DNA from: Perkinsus chesapeaki ATCC PRA-425
Lineage: Eukaryota; Protista; Perkinsozoa
Length of the DNA stretch: 53,637 nt
Reading direction: 5' to 3'
Assembly: GCA_013115145.1 (NCBI GenBank)
Contig: JAAPAO010000200.1
Location: forward strand, 1 to 53,637
Within the stretch, counting starts at the first letter, position 1. Each line of letters starts with the position of its first letter. The position numbers and the translations under genes were made by a program. Below are positions 46,649-53,637 of the stretch, piece after piece. Below the pieces are notes generated by a model. The model had not been told where the DNA came from. It saw nothing but the letters and a program-made list of their open reading frames with translations, and ran no database searches.

Positions 46649-48070
46649 TTAAGGAACGGGACTGGTATAATAATTCAACATTAATAGTAGCATCATGTAT
46701 GGTATCAAATGTTGCTTACCACGAGCTCTCCTTGAACTTTCAGACGGTGAACGGTCTCGCTCCCTCTCGCGGTCACCAACTGCCATGTCACGAGTGGCGC
46801 TTTGTTGCTCCATCTTCAGACCCCTGTGTTGGTGCTGCCTCGATAAAGGGCTTCTTCGCCTCCTATCATCATCCTCCGATCTAGACCGCCCTTCTCGGGG
46901 GTTGTCTTCCGGCCCTGAGATCCGATTTACACTTTCCTTCAACCACCGCCTCACGTGACGCTCGCGGGGTTCTGTCTTCCGCTCGCCCCGTTTCGGTCAC
47001 CTTCGTCCTGTTCCGCGCATCCTCCACACTTCCGTGCGGGCGTTCCACCAAAGGCGATCTCGCTGAATGATCGCTTCTACAATAAAGCTTTGCGGAGCTA
47101 TCTCACCTTGGTACCCTGATCTCTCTCGCTCTTGTCTGCGTTCCGGCTCCCTAAAGCCATATGGCGCCGATCGGGCGCCACCGCTCATTTGGCGACCTGG
47201 GAGCGAACACGTGAGGTGTTGCCGAGGGCAGAGGTGCTGATTTACGTGGTCTCTCAATTGTATCGCCGGCATTATCCGGCGGTAAAGGGCCTCTACGCGC
47301 CGGCCATCGTCCACTGCCATCTCTTGTCCAACCTCCAGATCTCTCGTCTGCGAAGGGAACCACTAAATTCAACGCAGCCGAAGTTCTTAACGCGCTCATT
47401 CCGCCACCAAACGGACCTTCTCGGGGTTTCCTGGCAAACGGATTCTCCCCAGCCTCAATCATCTTCTTAACCTCAGCATCTCGTTCCTCCCTTCTCTGCT
47501 GCATAACTTCGCGTCGTCTGAAAGAGCACCATGAACACCACCGAGTGCCTTTACTTTACTTGTCTATTCTCTCTCGCACATTGTCCAGGACAGCCTGAAC
47601 GACATTGTCATCCAGTTTTTCAGCATACAAGTCGAATTTGATTGGCTTCTTTGTCGACTCCTGATGGTCCTGAAATACGTACATCCTTTTCACCAATAAC
47701 ACGCTTCTCACTCGTTAACAGCAAGCTAAACGATGTGGATGATTTTTCCTAAAGTATGCCTTTTACGCGGAAAAATCGAGGGAATTTTCCACAGACATGA
47801 ACAACCGGGGCCGATGCTATCAGACAGTCGGAAGCATACATGCGCTGTTGTGTCCGCTGTCTCCTCAGCCGGCTCCTCGTGGGCTTCCTCTTCCTCCTCT
47901 GCCTTCATCTCCTCCTCAAACTTATCATGTTTCCATACAAACCCAGCACCCTTGCCTCCACCACCACCAGACCAGCGTCCTTTACCACCACTGAAGCCTT
48001 TACCCTTGCCTTTGCCAAATGTAAGTCCATCACCGAACCTGAGACAACTTGCACTTTCAATGGCTGAGGC
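46649..48070 (-). CDS. Multi-exon low-complexity protein (GKGKG/Gly-rich, WKHDKF motif, acidic and Arg/Ser-rich segments), probably RNA-associated; boundaries approximate
   Basis: FGDGLTFGKGKGKGFSGGKGRWSGGGGGKGAGFVWKHDKFEEE; spliced exon DHQESTKKPIKFDLYAEKLDD...RID/RREVMQQRREERDAEVKKM; downstream RSRSEDDDRRRRSP and RERERDRSPS. Confidence 0.5.
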
Positions 48071-50315
48071 AGATAAAGATTAGAAGAATCGTAACGAGTC
48101 TTTGTGGTCGTCAAGACCAGGTCGACCGCGTCGTCAGACCCTCTGTTGCCGTGTATTGATAACTCACTGAGGCACTAACAACTGCATTGTAGTCCTTCCA
48201 ATAGTAACATATTCCCTATCGCACTACGGAAGCTTCCTAATCCGCAAGGGCCATATCATAGCCTTTAGTGCTTCGTCAAATACCTTGCTCCACAACGCCA
48301 TTCTCAAGGCCACAAGAGCCCCTCGAGAGGCGAGGCTGCCAGCATTCGAAGCTGGTAGCAGCATCACTTCCCTCTAAGCGTTTTGACCAGCACCCGAGTC
48401 CGGTTTTAATATCCACTATCTCTCCGTTATATCACCTTCCTTTTCCCCATGATCCTTTCCCGCTCCCCTTGCCGAATGGCGTATATGGCCCTCTGCGCTC
48501 TAGAGGCGGACGCCTAGGGCTTCTGCCGAGTTGCAATGCCAATGACTAGCAATAATATTATTACTCTCGATCGTCTCTTCGCGGTTCTTCAAGGCCTCTA
48601 TTTTGGCGCTCCCGCTCTCCCTCGCCCGGCCTTCCTCCCCTCGGGCCCTCTTCCCCCTCAGGCCTACTGCGGCGCCTTTCACGACTGCCCGACCGACTCC
48701 GGCGACTCCCCCGTCTCTCATCGGAGCGCTTATGTGATGAACCTTAGAAATGTTTGGGAAGGCCGGGAAAACTCAAGCGTTACCTCGACGCCTATCAGAC
48801 CTATCGATTTCATCTCTGCTTCTCGAACGCCTCCTCCTTCGATCGTCTGGCGACTCGCTACGTCCCATGGAAGGAAGAAGGTGGAACCTAAGATATTTTT
48901 CAGGTTAACTTCCGTGCACCACCTTAAGTACTATCAACACAACTCATTCATTTATGAGACTTTATAGTTCGTAAACGACGTCAAACCATGGTACTCTGAC
49001 ACAGACCCGCAGTATTCACAACAGAGTTCCATAGTAAATGGAAGAAGGGTCAATATCTGACCTATTTAGAATCTTTTGTGCCATCTTCAACAATACGCTT
49101 GTCTACTTCACTAACCCACACCTGTTTGTCTATTATCACCCAAAGCGACCAGTGACAATCGCTGGATCCATAACGGAGGAGGACACGTTACGGTCACCAT
49201 TAACGGGGAGGGGAATAGCGGATGCTCCCGGAGGGAACGAACTTCGGCGTGCTTGTCTACCTCCTTCTCTACGTCCTAGCTTTCTGTTGATTGAGTGTAA
49301 CTTAATGACAGAAGGCGAGGTTCAACCAAAGATATTTTTGCTCATAAGCGTGCTAAGAGTGTGTCCTAATGTGCCGAGTGGGTTTGGCAAGTCCAATCCC
49401 TCAAGGTTAAGACAAAGAGTCAAATAAGCCCCGAAGCAACTGAGCCTCCGTAGACCAGATCAGTTGAATCCAGGTAGGTCGTAATGGAAGGAGAAGCGAG
49501 AGACAACAAATAGACAACGTGACGCGGGAAGTCGGAACCTTTAATTGAGATTGATATCTTGCACTCTTGCATTTTCCTAAATAGCCGTTTCCGCACTGTT
49601 CAGCTTAGTCCTTAGCCGTAGCTCGACAGTGGTGATGTCGTGGCGACAAGATGTGCCTGCCGACTTCCCTTACTCATTTACAGTAAGTGAATGGGCTGGT
49701 TCAGCCTCGAGTGGTGGCCGACCCTCGGTTAAGGGACGCGCTCCTGATGCCAATACGAGAGAACTGCAGGAAAGAGTGAGTTGGTGAAGGCCGCCGCCCC
49801 CTTGGACCCTTATGGTCGCCCTTAGATTATAAAGTGTATCAGACTGCCGGATAGGATGTATTTTTGTAAGAGGTCACTTTGGGTATCTTTGAGGTTGCTC
49901 GTGCAAGATTCTCATGGGGTTGGTTTATCACCCTCTGCTGCCCGTGAGGATCTTTGGCGCGGTCTGGTTTATACCGCTCCTATTGTTGGTGAAGATTGGC
50001 AGGAGTCTAGGTGGCCTTCACTCTACTATTTCCTTTCCTTCTCTGTTTTAGGACCTTCCACGTTTCCCATCAGACCAGCCACCGTGAAGCCCCTCAGCCA
50101 GTGTCCCTCAGCTCGGTAGGGTCTAGCTAAGCTTTCTGCCCATCGACCCTCAGGGCGATGATCAGCAGCCTCCCGATGCCAGCCCCGAGGCAGAGTCATG
50201 ATCATGCAGTTCTTTCCCTCGTATCCCATGTCTCTTGCGTTTCCTCCTCCTCGCCTTGTGACGGAGTATCCTATTTTATCAGTTCAAGTTTTTTCTTCAC
50301 TGACTACTCGTGGAT

Positions 50316-50943
50316 ATGTTCGCCGCCTCGACCGCTCTTGCTGCTTGCGAGCCCAGCTCCGCCTTCTTCGGTTTCATGGGCATCACCGCTGCCATCAGTT
50401 TCGCTAACCTCGGTGCTGCCTACGGTAGGCTCCGCCTCTCCTCGTTCCTTTCTGTCAATGCCTTCCTATTAGGTACCGCCAAGTCCGGTGTTGGTATCTG
50501 CTCCATGGGTGTCATGAGACCTGACCTTGTTATGCGATCTATCATTCCAGTTGTTATGGCCGGTGTGTTGGGTATCTACGGTCTTATCACTTCCGTTATT
50601 ATTAACGGTAAGATGGATACCCCCGCCACCTACTCTCAGTACTCTGGATACGCTCATCTCGGTAAGTCCCATAAAACATCTCCGCCTTGTCTTATAGGTG
50701 TTTCCTTCAGGTGCCGGTTTGACTGTCGGCCTCTCCTCTTTGGCCGCCGGCCTCGCCATTGGTATCGTCGGTGACTCTGGTGTCCGCGCCAACGCCCAGC
50801 AGCCCAAGCTTTTCGTCGGTATGATTCTTATCTTGATTTTCGCCGAAGCTCTCGGTCTGTACGGCCTCATTGTTGGTCTCGTTGTTGCCTCCACCGCTAC
50901 TGAGAAGGGTGCCGGTCTTTGCAGCTCTTTCGCTCCTCAGTAA
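50316..50943 (+). CDS. ATP6V0C: V-type H+-ATPase 16 kDa proteolipid subunit c, 3 exons, 176 aa
   Basis: Exons 50316-50424, 50473-50661, 50711-50943 (531 nt). Motifs [71 protein letters not shown] (proton-binding Glu). Confidence 0.98.
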
Positions 50944-51899
50944 GTAGTCGTCTCCTAGGAGGACTTCTACACTGTTTTCCATCTCCGTCGCCCTAAGGGT
51001 GATCGAGAGTCTGCGGTATAGGAGCTCGATGCTGATCAAGCGGAAGTATCTTCTGCTGTTGATGCCAAGATGATGATTTAGACTAAGTGTCGATTCCTTT
51101 TCGATTGACCCGTTACCATTATTGTACTGATAACCATCTGTATTGTCGCTGCCATTGTGCGTGGGAGCCGCTAATTCGTACGTAGAGTTGAGTAGTGCGG
51201 CTTTGTTTGCTGGCGGTGGCAATCTGATGGGTATTGGAGTGAACTGCTAAACAGTTTGTGCTAGTGCAAGTGGCCTTGGGTTTGTTAATAATACTAAGTA
51301 TTGAAGAGTTGTATATCATGTTCAATTCTCCGACTCAGTCGTCGTCGAACAGTCGAGGAGATAATTGTGGGGGTGAAGGCCAGCAGATGAGCGGCGGCAC
51401 TCAGTACATGTCATTAAATTCAACTTCGTATATGTGAGTAGCTCGGGCTTTCATTGGTTATAATTTCCTTCTTAGGGGCTATCAGTCTCCGGGGTACTCT
51501 AATTATTCGGACTACTTACAGCAGCAGACATCTACTCCGCCATTCCAGACGTATATTGGCACTAATAACTTCGGTGAGAGTCGGTCTCGAAGGTTTCCTC
51601 AGTCAGAGGGAACCGTCCTCAACTTGGTCTGCTAAGAATCTCAAGTATCTTGTCGGTTCTGCAAGAGCGTGGTGGTTCTTGTCTTCTGTTGTGCCTTGCT
51701 TCAGGCATCACCGGTATTGCTACTCCAAGGGGCACCTACGACAGTGCGTATGGGTCGCATTACACTGGACAGCGGAGCGGCAGGACTAAGAGAAAGAGCG
51801 CTGGGTGTTGCTGATGACATCATGCTTCATGGGTTTCGCTATTTGCTAGACTCGGTGTTTGTCACCATTTCACACATGGTTAGAATTCCTTCGATCGTC

Positions 51900-52485
51900 A
51901 TGGCTAATCCTTCTCCTGCTTATACTGCTGCCGGCCCTGCCAAGTAAGATGCTTGCAGGTTGGATAATTGACTCTGGTTTATTGCAGACCAAATGCGGCG
52001 GTGGCGTATGGCACCGGTGCTGCTGCTAATGGAGGATATGTCTACTATAGTCAGCAGCAGCCACAGCAGCAGTATGTTGCTTATGAGTAGGGGAGGGGCA
52101 GAGAGTGTTCGATAATTACAGAATTGGGTGGCTGGGATAGCTGTACTAAGTTCGACAATCAATTTGGCGAAAAGTTATGTTAGAAAGCTCATCGACTTTG
52201 AGAATGTACTCTATGTGGAGTTGAGTCCAATGGAGGATTAGGATATCACTGGCAAGGCATCTGTTAAGGTACCCGACAGCTGCAACTTACGCTGCTCCAG
52301 TCGGTCAGGCTTATGGATATGCAGCCCCAACTGGCAACCCTTATGGTAGGACAGTAAGTCTGCTGCTGCTGATGAGAGCCCGCCTACTGTCAGGGATATC
52401 CGGTTACGAAGACAGTGAAGGAGCGGTAGTGGTGGCGGGAAAGGAAGTGCCACGTAGATGCAAGAAGAAGAGAATGTGCTGCTAG
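51900..52485 (+). CDS. Small Tyr/Gly/Pro/Gln/Ala-rich protein ending in polybasic-CC (paralogue 1)
   Basis: Exons 51900-51943, 51988-52086, then from 52269 with phase-2 junctions: MANPSPAYTAAGPAK-PNAAVAYG...GGYVYYSQQQPQQQYVAYE-YPTAATYAAP...GNPYG...CKKKRMCC*. The final splice assumes a short 32-nt intron. Confidence 0.6.
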
Positions 52486-52958
52486 ATAGACGAGACACTC
52501 AAGTTGATGCTAGCTCATGCTGTCACCACCATGTTGTACAGATGAAAGTGGTATAGTGACCGGTTTGAGTTAATCACTGGGTGAAGCCGAGGAAGAGGTG
52601 GGATGGATGTTGACCATTTGAGAGCTCTCGATTCCTGTCTAGGATCGAAGCCTATTGTGACCGCTGAAGCCTTATGGAGCAGCTACCTTGGAGAGACTTG
52701 TCTGAGGTCTCTATTAACAAATTTTGTTTCCCACTCAAATGATATAAAGCTATCGAAGCTCATGTAGCGTGGATTAGAAAATACCAAATTTAATCGATTT
52801 TGTAGCTGCTGGTAATAACAACAGGGGCAATGGTGGAGGTGGGAGGAAACGGTGACTTGATTTGTATTTTATTCGTAAGTGGTTCGATCCCTGGGGCGCT
52901 CGAATTGATGGTCAGCGTCGATTGGCTTGAAGTTGACTTGTTTAAATCTCTTAATCTA

Positions 52959-53485
52959 ATGTCAGCAGCTACTCCTAATGCAGCCAACCCAACTCCGATT
53001 TTCACCGTTATTGGAGGGTAATAAAAGGGCGGATGTTTCTGGCGCTAAGTTTCTCCTCATTATAGTAACCAAGCTCGTCCGGCGTACGGAATCACTGGAG
53101 TCGACGATCGGTAGAGATTATAAGTTTGTGTTAATTTCACCTTGGCCTTCTCAGTGGGCAAGTTCCTGAGGGCGGATACACCTACGTAGTTCAACCTGCC
53201 TCCGTACAGCAGCCTCAGTATGCTCCTCCGGGTTACGGGTAGGAGTTATTGGTGATGACAATCATGGATGGATCGGACAGGTATCCTACTTACGCCACTA
53301 TGGCTGCTCCAGGGCCTGTTTACGGGACCTATTATGAAGGTGGATTTGGCAATCCTTATGGTAGTATTATAGGGGGGCGGGATGGGGTGATCTTTGACGG
53401 CGGCGGGTCACTGGTGTATTTTGCCCCCGTGATTGTTGAAGCTGATGGTGACGAAACGCTGGTGTGCTGTGATCGAAGTTGCTAA
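52959..53485 (+). CDS. Small Tyr/Gly/Pro/Gln-rich protein with Cys-rich C-terminus (paralogue 2)
   Basis: Phase-2 spliced chain MSAATPNAANPTPIFTVIGG-NQARPAYG...DR-GQVPEGGYTYVVQP...QQPQYAPPGYG-YPTYATMAAP...GNPYG...LVCCDRSC*; shares motifs and intron phases with 51900-52485. Confidence 0.6.
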
Positions 53486-53517
53486 GGAGTATTGAGCGAA
53501 TTTGACGCTTGTCTTTG

Positions 53518-53637
53518 CACTAGTAACATATTTTCTATCGAACTCCTTCCTATTATATCTCCTTCGTATCACTAGTAACATATTTCCTATCAAACTCCTT
53601 TCTATTATATCTCCCCCTCCGTATCACTAGTAACATA
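53518..53637 (-). repeat. 52-55 bp minisatellite (same family as 10185-10305, inverted), truncated by the window end
   Basis: Units start CACTAGTAACATA at 53518, 53570 and 53625; the reverse complement matches the 10185 array. Confidence 0.9.

Noticed and set aside
48536-49427. Two plus-strand ORFs (143 and 129 aa) sharing KVEPKIFF/EVQPKIFL
   Set aside because: The similarity is limited to about 20 nt and neither ORF has a recognisable family; it could be chance.
50469-51222. Minus-strand ORFs of 141 and 171 aa
   Set aside because: They overlap the V-ATPase c exons antisense, a typical shadow of a codon-biased gene.
1-53637. Perkinsid/dinoflagellate spliced-leader relics, tRNA or rRNA genes
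   Set aside because: By eye only partial GGCTCAAG matches were seen, and no full SL, cloverleaf or rRNA-like segment; this was not an exhaustive scan.

Overview
This is gene-dense eukaryotic DNA with many short (about 40-60 nt) GT-AG introns, so the ORF track fragments most genes. The V-ATPase c subunit is alveolate-like, and the compact intron style and gene content suggest a perkinsid (Perkinsus-like) alveolate; this is inference, not verified. Housekeeping genes reconstructed by hand from exons are RPB8, a DTW-domain tRNA acp3U transferase, proteasome RPN5, a BT1 folate/biopterin transporter, an mRNA cap guanine-N7 methyltransferase, a PX-domain protein and V-ATPase subunit c. The main finding is an ~11 kb intron-containing hybrid NRPS-PKS gene (about 18.5-29.4 kb) with the non-canonical order A-T-KS-AT-KR-DH-ER-ACP-TE(FSH1/LovG-type); the catalytic residues I could locate are present and the A domain does not look like an amino-acid activator. 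Other notable items: a degenerate J-domain (HPS) apparently fused to a CHD3/4/5-type SANT/SLIDE module with no ATPase; a possible dead TTM-like domain on the cap methyltransferase; a 1.73 kb hAT element (TIRs plus 8-bp TSD) whose transposase remnant is split by a nested insertion; a GH18-like pseudogene; tandem small Tyr/Gly/Pro/Gln-rich Cys-terminated paralogues; and a 52-55 bp minisatellite present in inverted orientation 43 kb apart. No rRNA, tRNA or CRISPR array was recognised. All protein family calls come from motif recognition by eye, not database searches.
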